Shown: positions 28,857-38,707 of the stretch, piece after piece
Layout: each line of letters starts with the position of its first letter
Numbering within the stretch: the first letter of the stretch is position 1
Assembly: GCA_022837595.1 (NCBI GenBank)
Contig: JALHFX010000012.1
Span: 1,993 to 65,992, forward strand
Length of the DNA: 64,000 nucleotides
Origin: Propionibacterium sp.
GTDB taxonomy: Bacteria; Actinomycetota; Actinomycetes; Propionibacteriales; Propionibacteriaceae
Direction: 5' to 3'
Program-made: the position numbers and the translations under genes
The notes under the pieces: generated by a model
Told to the model about the DNA's origin: nothing
The model's database searches: none
Seen by the model: the letters and a program-made list of their open reading frames with translations, nothing else

Positions 28857-30452
28857 TTGCCGGGCAATGGCCAGTCGATCGGGAGAAGTCCAGAAGTGAA
28901 CACCCCTGCTGCGCCGAGACCTCGGCGCCTCGTTCGGTTCCTCGTCTTTGGCGCCGTTGGCATGCTGCTTGCGGGCTGCGCCGAGCCACCTGCGACGCCG
29001 GATTGGACGCCACCGCCGTGGAACGATCGTCCAGGAACCCGACTTGCTGCGACGACGGTGGATGACACCACCGATCTCAACGATCTGGGCTTCGTCAACC
29101 GCCGGATACGCAACGATGCGATCGGCTATCAGGCCCGCTATGTGCTGATCCCCGGTGCCGACCAATTCAACCAGCGCGTCGACCAGTGGATCCGCCAGCC
29201 GCTGACCGGCGCCACTTTTGTTCCGGAAGCGTTCCCGGTCGGTTCAGGCCTTGCCGACCGCGGATGTGCGGAGGGCTCGCTCGGTTGGGATGCGAACCGA
29301 GTGCTCACCGACCCAGCCACCGGCCCCGTCAACGGAACCGGAACCGCCCTCACCTGCGACATCGTTGCCGCTTTCGGGACAACCGTGGGCGTAGGGATGC
29401 GCGCTGTGAGCGGCACGAACGGTGAGGCTGACTCTGACGAGATGACCACGCTCTATGTCGATCTTGCTACGGACACCATCATCGATTCCGTGGATTTATG
29501 GACACCGGAGGCACCCGCGCAGCTCTGGACCAGCGCGGTCGAGCAGCTTCGCCGCCAAGCAGGCGGGCTGAGCACCGCACCGATCGAGGCGCCTGCCGAT
29601 GATCAGATCGCACTCGCAGCACAGGCCTTCACCAACCCGCGAGGACAAAGCGACGGATCGGCAGTTCTCGTGCTGCCAGCCGGGATCTCAGCTCCCGAAC
29701 TGACCGGACTCGGCATCGAACAAACCACCGAGCCGGTGGAAGTGAGCGTCGAGGCGGCCGTACTCACCGAATGGCAGAGCCCTGCCGCTGCTGCACTGAG
29801 CAGCCAACAGGGCGAGCCATTCGCGGGCATGCCCGAATGGAGCCCAACGCTGCCGATCGACTGCTCGTTGCACAGCTGCGTGGCGTTGACCTACGACGAT
29901 GGGCCCGGTCAACTCACACCCCAGCTCCTCGAAACCCTGAAGGCACGCCAGGCCGGTGCCACGTTCTTCGAGTTGTGCACCAACGTGAAGGCGAACCCCG
30001 AGATCACCAAGCAGGTGGGCGCCAGCGGCTACGAACTCGCCAGCCATACGATGACTCATCCCCAACTCACCTCGCTGTCCGCCGAGAAGGTCGATGCCGA
30101 AGTCAATGGCTGCGCAAACATGATCGCCGGACTCACCGGTAAGCCCGTGACGCTCTTCCGGCCCCCATACGGAGCGGTCAACGCCGAGGTGATCAGCGCC
30201 GCCGACAAACCCGCGATCTTCTGGTCGATCGATACCAACGACTGGCAGCGACCGGGTGTCGCGGCTCTCATCGAGCGTTCGGTGCCGACCGCGACTCCGG
30301 GCGACATCATCTTGTTCCACGATATTCACCCCGACTCGGTTGCGGCCGCCGGGCAGGTCGTCGACGGCCTCAAAGACCGTGGCCTCACCCCGGTCTCGGT
30401 GACGCAGTTGTTCAACGGATCAGTCCCTGCGGGACTGGTGATCAAGAAGTGA
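28857..30452 (+). CDS. Polysaccharide deacetylase (NodB/CE4) lipoprotein with a long N-terminal extracytoplasmic domain
   Basis: Lipobox-like MLLAGC, TYDDGP, SHTMTHP, FRPPYG, WSIDTNDW, ILFHD. The exact start is uncertain. Confidence 0.88.
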   Translation: MPGNGQSIGRSPEVNTPAAPRPRRLVRFLVFGAVGMLLAGCAEPPATPDWTPPPWNDRPGTRLAATTVDDTTDLNDLGFVNRRIRNDAIGYQARYVLIPGADQFNQRVDQWIRQPLTGATFVPEAFPVGSGLADRGCAEGSLGWDANRVLTDPATGPVNGTGTALTCDIVAAFGTTVGVGMRAVSGTNGEADSDEMTTLYVDLATDTIIDSVDLWTPEAPAQLWTSAVEQLRRQAGGLSTAPIEAPADDQIALAAQAFTNPRGQSDGSAVLVLPAGISAPELTGLGIEQTTEPVEVSVEAAVLTEWQSPAAAALSSQQGEPFAGMPEWSPTLPIDCSLHSCVALTYDDGPGQLTPQLLETLKARQAGATFFELCTNVKANPEITKQVGASGYELASHTMTHPQLTSLSAEKVDAEVNGCANMIAGLTGKPVTLFRPPYGAVNAEVISAADKPAIFWSIDTNDWQRPGVAALIERSVPTATPGDIILFHDIHPDSVAAAGQVVDGLKDRGLTPVSVTQLFNGSVPAGLVIKK

Positions 30453-31063
30453 GCAAAAATTACTATAAATCGAAGCCACGCCTGACCCGGGCGGGCAGAC
30501 TCGTCCGAACGACAGTGCTTGTGGTCTTCCTCATCGGCCTCGGATATGCCGCAACGCTCGGTCCAGTGCACGCAGCGAGGGCCAAGGCCAAGATCCTTGA
30601 TGGCAGCCAACCGGTTGAGATCACCGAAAGCCTTACCATCACCCCCGCCGCGTACTGGCTCGATGAGCCGCTCGTTGAGCCACTCGTCGAGTTGCCCATC
30701 GTGCCGGACCTGAATTCCTGGGCGGTTTACTTCGGCGCTCAGAACGGGACTGTGCTGCGTTCGCCTGACCGGCGGCTAACCATTGAGGTCGACGACCTGG
30801 GGCAGGGCTCAGCTTCGGACGCAGAAAGCATCCTGCGCGAGCGGGCTCAACGGATCCTCGGCAAGAATGCTGAGGTACCGGCCATTCGCACTGAAACGAT
30901 GGCCTCCGGATCGACCCTGTGGCATCTGGACGCGGATGGGGTGCTCCTTGCCGTGGTCGACCACGACGGCGAATTGGTCGGTCTCAGAGCTCAAACCAGT
31001 GGCGGTGAATCTATCGAGAGCTACCGGCCAGCGATCGGGCAGCTGGTCGAAACGATCGCATAG
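30449..31063 (+). CDS. Hypothetical membrane-anchored protein
   Basis: Basic N-terminus plus one TM helix (TTVLVVFLIGLGYAATL). GTGA overlap with the deacetylase. Confidence 0.7.
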   Translation: MSKNYYKSKPRLTRAGRLVRTTVLVVFLIGLGYAATLGPVHAARAKAKILDGSQPVEITESLTITPAAYWLDEPLVEPLVELPIVPDLNSWAVYFGAQNGTVLRSPDRRLTIEVDDLGQGSASDAESILRERAQRILGKNAEVPAIRTETMASGSTLWHLDADGVLLAVVDHDGELVGLRAQTSGGESIESYRPAIGQLVETIA

Positions 31064-31091
31064 CCGTTCGGCTGCGTGCCAGTCATCGGAT

Positions 31092-32042
31092 TTAGCCGAA
31101 CTCCTCGGCTCGGGCCTTGTTCGCCGCCAGATGTTCGGGACGCAGATTGCGTGGGATCGGACCGACATAGTCGGGCCCGTAAGCTCCAGCGGCCGGACGA
31201 CGTTTGCGTAGTGGTGCGCTCACCCCGGGCGCCATGCGTCTGGTCATCACCAAGAAACCGGTGTGCGCGGTGGTCGCATGCCCCGGCCTGATCGCGAGAC
31301 CCTCCGCATGCCAGTCGCGCACCATCACCTCAGACGCGGCCGGCTCGGTGAAACCACCGTGCGCACGTAAGGTATCCATCACCCTGCCCATCTGTGTGGT
31401 GGTCGCCACATAGCAGCACAGGATGCCACCGGGCACCAGAACTCCGGCGACGGCCTCCAAGCAGTCCCACGGCGCCAGCATGTCGAGCACCGCACGGTCA
31501 ATCGGCTCGTCGACGACGACATCGGCCAGATCGCCCAGGGTTAGCGTCCACGAAGGATGTGGTCCACCGACGAACTGTTCGACGTTCGCCCTGGCGACTT
31601 CAGCGAACTCGGCGCGCCGCTCGTAGCTGTGCAGGCGTCCGGTCGGCCCGATTGCGCGCAACAGGGCCAGGCTGAGCGCACCGGAGCCAACACCGGCCTC
31701 CAAGACTCGCGCGCCGGGAAAGATATCGGCGCGCATCAGGATCTGCGCGGCATCCTTGGGATAGATCACCGCGGCTTCACGCGGCATCGACACCATGAAC
31801 TCGTTGAGCAACGGTCGGAAAACCAAGTACTGAAGGCCACCGACAGTAGTGACCACCACACCTTCGGGTCGTCCGATGATGTCATCATGGGCCAGACCGC
31901 CCTTTGTAGTGTGAAAGGTCTTCCCGGGCTCCAGCAGCAGCGACTTGCGATGCCCCTTGGTATCGGTGAGTGAAACCCACTCCCCTTCGGTCAACGGGCC
32001 GGTACGCACGCCTGAGAAAGCCGCCGGATCCGGATCAGTCAC
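31092..32042 (-). CDS. trmI: tRNA (adenine58-N1)-methyltransferase
   Basis: FHTTKG.LAHDDIIG, MPREAAVIYPKDAAQI, VLEAGVGSGALS, LDMLAPW, HTGFL. Confidence 0.94.
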   Translation of the reverse strand: MTDPDPAAFSGVRTGPLTEGEWVSLTDTKGHRKSLLLEPGKTFHTTKGGLAHDDIIGRPEGVVVTTVGGLQYLVFRPLLNEFMVSMPREAAVIYPKDAAQILMRADIFPGARVLEAGVGSGALSLALLRAIGPTGRLHSYERRAEFAEVARANVEQFVGGPHPSWTLTLGDLADVVVDEPIDRAVLDMLAPWDCLEAVAGVLVPGGILCCYVATTTQMGRVMDTLRAHGGFTEPAASEVMVRDWHAEGLAIRPGHATTAHTGFLVMTRRMAPGVSAPLRKRRPAAGAYGPDYVGPIPRNLRPEHLAANKARAEEFG

Positions 32043-32739
32043 GCGCGATCCCTTTCACCTGATACCAGACCCGGCTCAGCTCATCAACACTGAGCCCGTC
32101 CAGTGTTGAGGTCAGGAGTTGCCCCGGGTACTCGTCGAGTTCCTGGATACAGGGCACCGCAATGACGACCGCTCCGGACGCGCGTCCGGCCGCGGTACCC
32201 GAGATCGTGTCTTCCATCACGATACAGTCGGCGGCACAGACTCCGAGCCGTTGTGCCGCCAATAGATAGCTGTCAGGAGCCGGTTTGCTGCGCGGCATCT
32301 CATCGCCGGCGATCACGACATCGAACACCCCCGGGCGCATCTTCGCCAAGGCAGTGTCGATCAACAGTCGCGGGCTGGCCGAAACCAAGGCCATCGGCAC
32401 GGCGCGGTCCTGTAACTCATTGAGCAGTTCCTGCGCACCGGGACGCCACGGCAACGGTATTTCGTCGAGCCTGCGGATGACCTCCGCCACGATTTCAGCC
32501 CACAGCTCACTGCCCGACATGTGGAATGGCTCACCGCGCTGCGCCTGGTAGGCGTCGAGGAGCCAAATGAGCGAATCCTCTTCGGAGACACCGCACAGAT
32601 CGGCGATCTGGTCGTAGGTGCACGTCACACCGTAGGAGCCCATGATCTCGATCTGAGAGGCGATCCACAATGGCTCGGTGTCGGCCACCGTGCCGTCGAA
32701 ATCCCACAGCACTGCGTGCGGTCTGGTCTGGCTTAGCAT
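32035..32739 (-). CDS. HAD family phosphatase (subfamily IA)
   Basis: VLWDFDGTVADTE, VSAS, KPAPDSY, VMEDTISG. Start trimmed to ATG 32739. Confidence 0.88.
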   Translation of the reverse strand: MLSQTRPHAVLWDFDGTVADTEPLWIASQIEIMGSYGVTCTYDQIADLCGVSEEDSLIWLLDAYQAQRGEPFHMSGSELWAEIVAEVIRRLDEIPLPWRPGAQELLNELQDRAVPMALVSASPRLLIDTALAKMRPGVFDVVIAGDEMPRSKPAPDSYLLAAQRLGVCAADCIVMEDTISGTAAGRASGAVVIAVPCIQELDEYPGQLLTSTLDGLSVDELSRVWYQVKGIARD

Positions 32740-32879
32740 GCGCCCCATTGTCTCAGCCCGGCGGCATCGGGGCGAATCAGATCGTGTTGATCTCGCTCGT
32801 CTTGCCGGCGCATCTCGGATCTCTCGGGATAATGGTCGCAAATGTCCACGGTTTCTGCACCTGAAAGGGGTCTCCTCAG

Positions 32880-34163
32880 ATGAGCAGCAATGACCCAGTC
32901 TCTTTTCCTCCGCCCGAGAATCCCCCGCAGACTCCGGCAACGACTGCCTCTGCAGCGCCCGGTCCACCCGCAAATGACGTGCCGTCGGCTCCCTCCCCCA
33001 TGGCACAGCGCGGATCGGCGAACCTGGCTCCTGCCCAAGCTGTGAGCAGGACTATGGCTCCGCCAAGACAGTCGAATTTCAAAGCGCCGTTCGCCAAGGG
33101 ATTCGGGGCCGGTCTGGGCCTGAGCATCGGCGCGGGTGCAGTCGCATTGGTCCTGATCATCGTCAGTATCGTGGGCATGGGGTTACTCGGGCGCGCTTTT
33201 GGTGGCGTGATGTCCAGCAGCCAGAGCACGATGACCCATCTGTGGGGCCCGACCACCGCGTCCAATACTCTGCTCGCGCTGAGTATCGAGGGGACGATCG
33301 ACACCTCCGGCAGTGCCTCGCTGTATTCCAGCGCCACCTATGGCTACGAGATCGCCGACCAGCTCGACGCTTTGGAGGCCGACGACTATGCGGGGGTGAT
33401 GCTGCTGATGAACACCCCCGGCGGCAGCATCGGCGGCTCGCGTGCTATCGCCGATGCGGTCGTGCGCTACCAGGAACGCACCGGTAAAAAGGTCGTCGCC
33501 TATGTCGAAGCGATCGCGGCATCGGGCGGAGTCTATGCGATGGCTCCGGCCGATCTGATCATCGCTGACTACGGCTCGCTGGTTGGTAGCATCGGCGTGA
33601 TCATGGGCCCGCTCACTTATTTCCGCGATGTCACCGGTCTGACCGGGAATATTCTCACCTCGGGCGTGACCACCACTGGTGGTATCACTCAGGAGTACCT
33701 GACACAGGGCACCGGCAAAGACTTCGGAAACCCGTTCCGCGAGATAACCGAGCAGGAACGTGCGAACTACACCCACGGTATCGAGATTGAATACCATGAC
33801 TTTGTCAACTACGTGGCCGAACACCGCGGGCTAACACCTGAGTTCATCATTGATGAGCTGGGCGCCTATATGTTCGATCCCGAGACCGCGATCAAGAACG
33901 GGCTCGTTGACGAGGTGATGGGACGACCGGATGGTTTCATGCGGGCTGCCGAGTTTAGTGAGCTCGATCCGTCCGACACGAAAGTGGTGGCTCCGACCAT
34001 GCCTAGCGGTTTGGCGCAGCTACTCGGCGCACAGGCACGGGTTTATGGTCACAATCAGCCGTTGAGCACGACTGATGGGCAGCTGCCCACCAGCTCGATC
34101 TGCACCGGATCGCCGACGGTGTTGGCGTTCGCCGGAGACTTCACCACGGTCTGCGGCGGGTGA
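32880..34163 (+). CDS. S49 family (SppA-like) signal peptide peptidase, single domain, membrane anchored
   Basis: LMNTPGGS, AASGG (catalytic Ser), GSIGVI, GKDFGNPFRE (Lys). Pro-rich N-terminus plus a TM helix. Confidence 0.85.
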   Translation: MSSNDPVSFPPPENPPQTPATTASAAPGPPANDVPSAPSPMAQRGSANLAPAQAVSRTMAPPRQSNFKAPFAKGFGAGLGLSIGAGAVALVLIIVSIVGMGLLGRAFGGVMSSSQSTMTHLWGPTTASNTLLALSIEGTIDTSGSASLYSSATYGYEIADQLDALEADDYAGVMLLMNTPGGSIGGSRAIADAVVRYQERTGKKVVAYVEAIAASGGVYAMAPADLIIADYGSLVGSIGVIMGPLTYFRDVTGLTGNILTSGVTTTGGITQEYLTQGTGKDFGNPFREITEQERANYTHGIEIEYHDFVNYVAEHRGLTPEFIIDELGAYMFDPETAIKNGLVDEVMGRPDGFMRAAEFSELDPSDTKVVAPTMPSGLAQLLGAQARVYGHNQPLSTTDGQLPTSSICTGSPTVLAFAGDFTTVCGG

Positions 34164-34192
34164 CCGGTAGGCAACCGATCCGCACAGCCAAA

Positions 34193-37100
34193 TCAGCGCA
34201 CCCCGAAGTATTTCGCCTGCGGGTGATGGACGATCAGCGCATCGGTCGACTGTTCGGGGTGCAGCTGGTACTCCTCCGAAAGCTCGACGCCGATCCGCTC
34301 CGGCTCCAAAAGGCTGCACAGTGGCGCGCGCAGCTCAAGGTCGGGGCAGGCCGGATAGCCGAAGCTATAACGGCTCCCCCGGTACGCTTGGTCGTTGATC
34401 TGAGCGGCGATCTCGCCGTCTTCAGCCGCGAACCCGAGCTCCCGACGCACCCGTTGATGCCACATTTCCGCAAGAGCCTCCGCCAGTTGAACAGAAAGCC
34501 CGTGCAGCTCAAGATACTCGCGGTAGTTGTCTGACTGGAACAGCTGCTGGGTTGCTTGCGAAACCTGGCTACCCATCGTCACCAACTGCAAGGCCAAGGT
34601 ATCGGGGCCGAGTTCGGCTGCCTCGTCCGCGTCGCGGAAGAAATCGGCGAGACAGAGTCTTCGGTCGCGCGGCTGGCGTGGGAATGTGAACCGCGCCTTC
34701 TCGGTCGAATGATCGTCGGGGTCGAGCACCACCAGCTGGTTACCTTGCGAGTAGCAGGGGAAATAGCCGTAGACGACCGCGAACTGTGCTAATCCTTCGG
34801 CCTTGATCATGTCGAGCAGCGCGCGCAGGCGTGGCCTGCCCTCAGACTCGATGAGTTCGGCGACGGTGGCGCCGTTGCGCGCCGCATGCAGCCCCCAGCG
34901 TCCGACGAAGAGTGCTTTCTCATCAAGGAAGCCGAGCAGATCGTTGAGTTGAATGCCCTTGACAACTCGGGTACCCCAAAAAGGCGGAGTCGGTGCATCG
35001 ATGCGGCGATCCACTTCGGAACGTACCGAATCATCATCCAGTGGTGGCAGATCGTCGGCAGCCCTGCGGGACTTCACCCGTCGTTCACGCACCGGCGGGA
35101 GTTCGGCACCAGGTTCCCCACGCTTGATGGCCATCATGGTGTCCATCAGATTGAGGCCCTCGAAAGCATCCTTCGCGTAGCGGACGGTACCGTCGTACAG
35201 TGCCGCCAGATCCTGATCGACGAACGGACGAGTCAGCGCCGCTCCGCCGAGGATCACCGGGAACTGCCGGGCAATACCGCGCCCGTTGAGCTCGAGCAGG
35301 TTGTCCTTCATCACCAGGGTCGACTTCACCAGCAGCCCGGACATCCCGATCACGTCGGCGTCGTGCGCCTCGGCGGCCTCGACAATCGCTGAGACCGGCT
35401 GCTTGATCCCTAAGTTGACCACCGTGTAGCCGTTGTTCGAGACGATGATGTCGACGAGGTTCTTACCGATGTCATGTACATCGCCCTTGACCGTGGCCAA
35501 GACCAGCGTCCCCTTACCGGCCCCGGCTTCAGACGACTCCATATGTGGTTCGAGCTGGGCGACCGCCTTTTTCATGGTCTCCGCGCTCTGCAAGACGAAT
35601 GGCAGCTGCATCTGGCCCGAACCGAACAGCTCCCCAACGGTCTTCATACCGGCGAGCAGATCATCGTTGATGATGTCGAGCGCAGGTTTGGTCAATAGCG
35701 CTTCGTCGAGATCGGCCTCCAGACCCTTGTCGTTTCCGTCGACGATGCGCCTGGCGAGTCGCTCCGCCAGGGGCAAGGTGGCCAACTCCGCCTCGCGCTG
35801 CTCGCGCAGCGAGGCCGCGGTTACACCCTCGAAGAGGGTGAGGAATTTCGACAGCGGATCGTAATCATCGGTTCGGCGGTCATAGATCAAGTCGAGCGCG
35901 GTTTGGTACTGCTCCTCGGGGATCCGCTCGGTCGGCATGATCCTCGCAACACTGACGATCGCCGAATCGAGCCCGGCCTTGACGCACTCGTCAAGGAAAA
36001 CACTGTTCAAGACCACACGTGCCGCCGGATTCAACCCGAAGCTGACATTCGAGACACCCAGTGTGGTACCGACTCGTGGATGGGCTGCCTTGAGCTGACG
36101 GATCGCCTCGATCGTGGCGAGACCGTCGCGGCGGGTCTCTTCTTGACCGGTCGCGATCGGGAAGGTCAGGCAATCCACGAGGATGTCCCCTTCATCGATA
36201 CCCCAGTCCTCGCTCAGCGCGGCAATCAACCGCTCGGCGATCCTCACTTTCCATTCGGTTGTGCGTGCCTGGCCTTGTTCGTCGATGGTTAGCGCGACCA
36301 CTGCGGCGCCATGCTCCTTGACCAACGGCATGACCCTTTGGAAACGCGAATCGGGGCCGTCACCGTCCTCGAAGTTGACCGAGTTGATGATCGCCCGGCC
36401 CGGCAGATGATTCAGCCCGGCCTCGATGACGGCGGGCTCGGTCGAATCGAGCATCACTGGCAGCGTCACAGCACTGGCGAATCTGGACGCAAGCTCCCGC
36501 ATGTCGTCGGCACCGTCCCGGCCCACATAGTCGACGCACAGATCCACGATATGGGCGCCCGAGCGTGACTGGTCACGTCCGATCCGGACGCATTCGTCCC
36601 ACTTGCCTGCGAGCATCGCTTCGCGGAATGCCTTGGAGCCGTTCGCATTGGTCCGCTCGCCGATCGCCAGATAGCTGGTCTCTTGTTTGAGCGCAACATC
36701 GGAGTAGAGCGAGGCGACCGCGTTGAAGACCTGCGGATCACGTTCTACGACCGGGTGCTGGGTGCCAATCGTCTCGACGAGCTGGCGGATGTGTTCGGGG
36801 GTGGTGCCGCAGCACCCCCCCACCAGCGCTAGACCGCATTCGTCGACGTAGTCGTTCATGGCGCGCGCGAGCTCGGCGGGCTGCAGCGGATAGCGGGCCC
36901 CATCGGCGGTCAGCTCGGGTAGCCCGGCATTGGGCATCGCCGAGATTCCGATGTCGGCATGGCGAGCGAGGTAGCGCAGATGCTCGCCCATCTCGGCAGG
37001 TCCGGTGGCACAGTTCAGGCCGAGCAGATCGATGCCGAGCGGTGCGAGGGTGGCCAGCGCTGCTCCAATCTCACTACCCAACAGCATCGAGCCGGTCGTC

Positions 37101-37681
37101 TCAACGGTGATCGACACGAAGATCGGCAGATCCTCAACTCCGCACGCTGTGCGAGCACGTTTGGCGCCGATTACTGCAGCCTTGGCCTGTTGCAGATCCT
37201 GGCAGGTCTCGATTTGCACGGCGTCGATCCCTGCGCGGATCATCGCCTCCACCTGTGTTTGGTAGGCGTCGCGCAGCGTAGTTGCTTCGATATGGCCCAG
37301 GGTGGGCAGCTTGGTGCCGGGGCCGACACTGCCCAGCACGAAGCGGGGCCGCTGCGCAGTACTGAACTCATCGGCCACCTCGCGAGCGATCCGAGCACCG
37401 GCCTCGGCCAACTCAGCGATCTGATCGACGATGCCGTACTCGTTCAGGGCAGCGTGGTTCGCACCGAAGGTATTCGTCTCGACGCAGTCGCTGCCGGCCG
37501 CAAAGTAGGCGCGGTGGATTTCCGCAACCACATCGGGGCGTGAACGGTTCAATACCTCGTTGCAGCCCTCGTGGCCCTCGAAATCATCGAGTGTCAGATC
37601 GAAGCCTTGCAGCATCGTGCCCATGGCCCCGTCGGCAAGAAGGACGCGGTGGAACAGATGATCACGAATATCAGCAGGCAC
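34193..37681 (-). CDS. metH: Cobalamin-dependent methionine synthase
   Basis: LADGAMGT, LNCATGP, GGCCGT, IGERTNANGSKAFR, DVHDIGKNLV (B12-binding), RYSFGYPACPDL. TATTCT-N7-GTG 37681. Confidence 0.96.
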   Translation of the reverse strand: MPADIRDHLFHRVLLADGAMGTMLQGFDLTLDDFEGHEGCNEVLNRSRPDVVAEIHRAYFAAGSDCVETNTFGANHAALNEYGIVDQIAELAEAGARIAREVADEFSTAQRPRFVLGSVGPGTKLPTLGHIEATTLRDAYQTQVEAMIRAGIDAVQIETCQDLQQAKAAVIGAKRARTACGVEDLPIFVSITVETTGSMLLGSEIGAALATLAPLGIDLLGLNCATGPAEMGEHLRYLARHADIGISAMPNAGLPELTADGARYPLQPAELARAMNDYVDECGLALVGGCCGTTPEHIRQLVETIGTQHPVVERDPQVFNAVASLYSDVALKQETSYLAIGERTNANGSKAFREAMLAGKWDECVRIGRDQSRSGAHIVDLCVDYVGRDGADDMRELASRFASAVTLPVMLDSTEPAVIEAGLNHLPGRAIINSVNFEDGDGPDSRFQRVMPLVKEHGAAVVALTIDEQGQARTTEWKVRIAERLIAALSEDWGIDEGDILVDCLTFPIATGQEETRRDGLATIEAIRQLKAAHPRVGTTLGVSNVSFGLNPAARVVLNSVFLDECVKAGLDSAIVSVARIMPTERIPEEQYQTALDLIYDRRTDDYDPLSKFLTLFEGVTAASLREQREAELATLPLAERLARRIVDGNDKGLEADLDEALLTKPALDIINDDLLAGMKTVGELFGSGQMQLPFVLQSAETMKKAVAQLEPHMESSEAGAGKGTLVLATVKGDVHDIGKNLVDIIVSNNGYTVVNLGIKQPVSAIVEAAEAHDADVIGMSGLLVKSTLVMKDNLLELNGRGIARQFPVILGGAALTRPFVDQDLAALYDGTVRYAKDAFEGLNLMDTMMAIKRGEPGAELPPVRERRVKSRRAADDLPPLDDDSVRSEVDRRIDAPTPPFWGTRVVKGIQLNDLLGFLDEKALFVGRWGLHAARNGATVAELIESEGRPRLRALLDMIKAEGLAQFAVVYGYFPCYSQGNQLVVLDPDDHSTEKARFTFPRQPRDRRLCLADFFRDADEAAELGPDTLALQLVTMGSQVSQATQQLFQSDNYREYLELHGLSVQLAEALAEMWHQRVRRELGFAAEDGEIAAQINDQAYRGSRYSFGYPACPDLELRAPLCSLLEPERIGVELSEEYQLHPEQSTDALIVHHPQAKYFGVR

Positions 37682-37774
37682 GACGCCCAGAATAGCCACG
37701 ATGGGTTCGCTTGCCGCCGAGTGACCAGGTTGCTTCGCCCCGAGCGGATAACCGAGCCGGGCTAGGGTGGTGCT

Positions 37775-38641
37775 ATGCCAGGACGCGCACAGCTCACACG
37801 CCCGGTGGCCGTGGTTGCTTTCGAAGGCTGGAACGATGCAGCGGACGCTGCAACAGCAGTCCTCGAACATCTTGCTCGGGTATATCCGACCGAACTCGTC
37901 TTCCAACTCGATTCAGACGACTATTACGACTACCAGATTGTGCGTCCACGAATTGCCGAAACCAACTCGGGGCGCGAACTGGTCTGGCCGTCGGCAACTG
38001 TGCGCGTCGCTCATTTGCCTGGGCGCGATCTTCTGCTCGTCTCCGGTCCCGAACCGAATCTGCACTGGCGGCGGTTCTGTGACGAACTCGTATCGGCATT
38101 CCGCAGCCTTGAGCCAGAGATGGTCGTCACGCTGGGTGCGATGCTCACCGACACTCCGCATTCCCGTCCACTACCGGTAAGTGGGAATACCTCCGACGCC
38201 GGCCTGTCGAAGTCGCTCGGGTTGGAGCCCTCGCACTATGAGGGTCCTGCCGGCATCATCAGCGTGCTCGGCCAGACCTGTCAACGGCTCGGCCTGCGAG
38301 AGGTCTCACTGTGGGCATCGGTGCCGCACTACGTCGCTGGGCCCCCGAATCCCAAAGCGACCCTGGCACTACTTACCAGGCTCGAGGATTTACTCGATCT
38401 GGCGCTGCAATTGGACGAACTGCCAGAGCTGGCACGTGCCTGGCAGCGCGGGGTCGACGAGCTGGCGTCGGAGGATTCGGAGATCAGCGACTACATCGAA
38501 TCTCTCGAGGCACAGCAGGACGAAAGCGGGTTGCCGCAGGCCACCGGAGATTCGATCGCACGCGAGTTCGAACGGTATCTGCGCCGACGCGGCAGCGATG
38601 GGCCGGGCTTCCCGGGCACAGGTGGCCCGGTCATGAGCTGA
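37775..38641 (+). CDS. PAC2 (proteasome assembly chaperone) family protein
   Basis: AFEGWNDAADAA, DYYDYQIVRP, GPEPNLHWRRF, PHSRP, LWASVPHYV, PNPKATLALL. TAGGGT-N6-ATG. Confidence 0.88.
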   Translation: MPGRAQLTRPVAVVAFEGWNDAADAATAVLEHLARVYPTELVFQLDSDDYYDYQIVRPRIAETNSGRELVWPSATVRVAHLPGRDLLLVSGPEPNLHWRRFCDELVSAFRSLEPEMVVTLGAMLTDTPHSRPLPVSGNTSDAGLSKSLGLEPSHYEGPAGIISVLGQTCQRLGLREVSLWASVPHYVAGPPNPKATLALLTRLEDLLDLALQLDELPELARAWQRGVDELASEDSEISDYIESLEAQQDESGLPQATGDSIAREFERYLRRRGSDGPGFPGTGGPVMS

Positions 38642-38707
38642 GGCTAGCGCTAAGCAGTCCGCGACCATTGGACGGACCAAACCGGCCAAGGAGGCTAACC
38701 TGAAGGC

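Noticed and set aside
37682-37774. SAM or cobalamin riboswitch upstream of metH
   Set aside because: The gap is only 93 bp and holds two divergent promoters. TATTCT-N7-GTG implies a leaderless transcript, and only a short GGCAAGCG fragment resembles SAM-IV.
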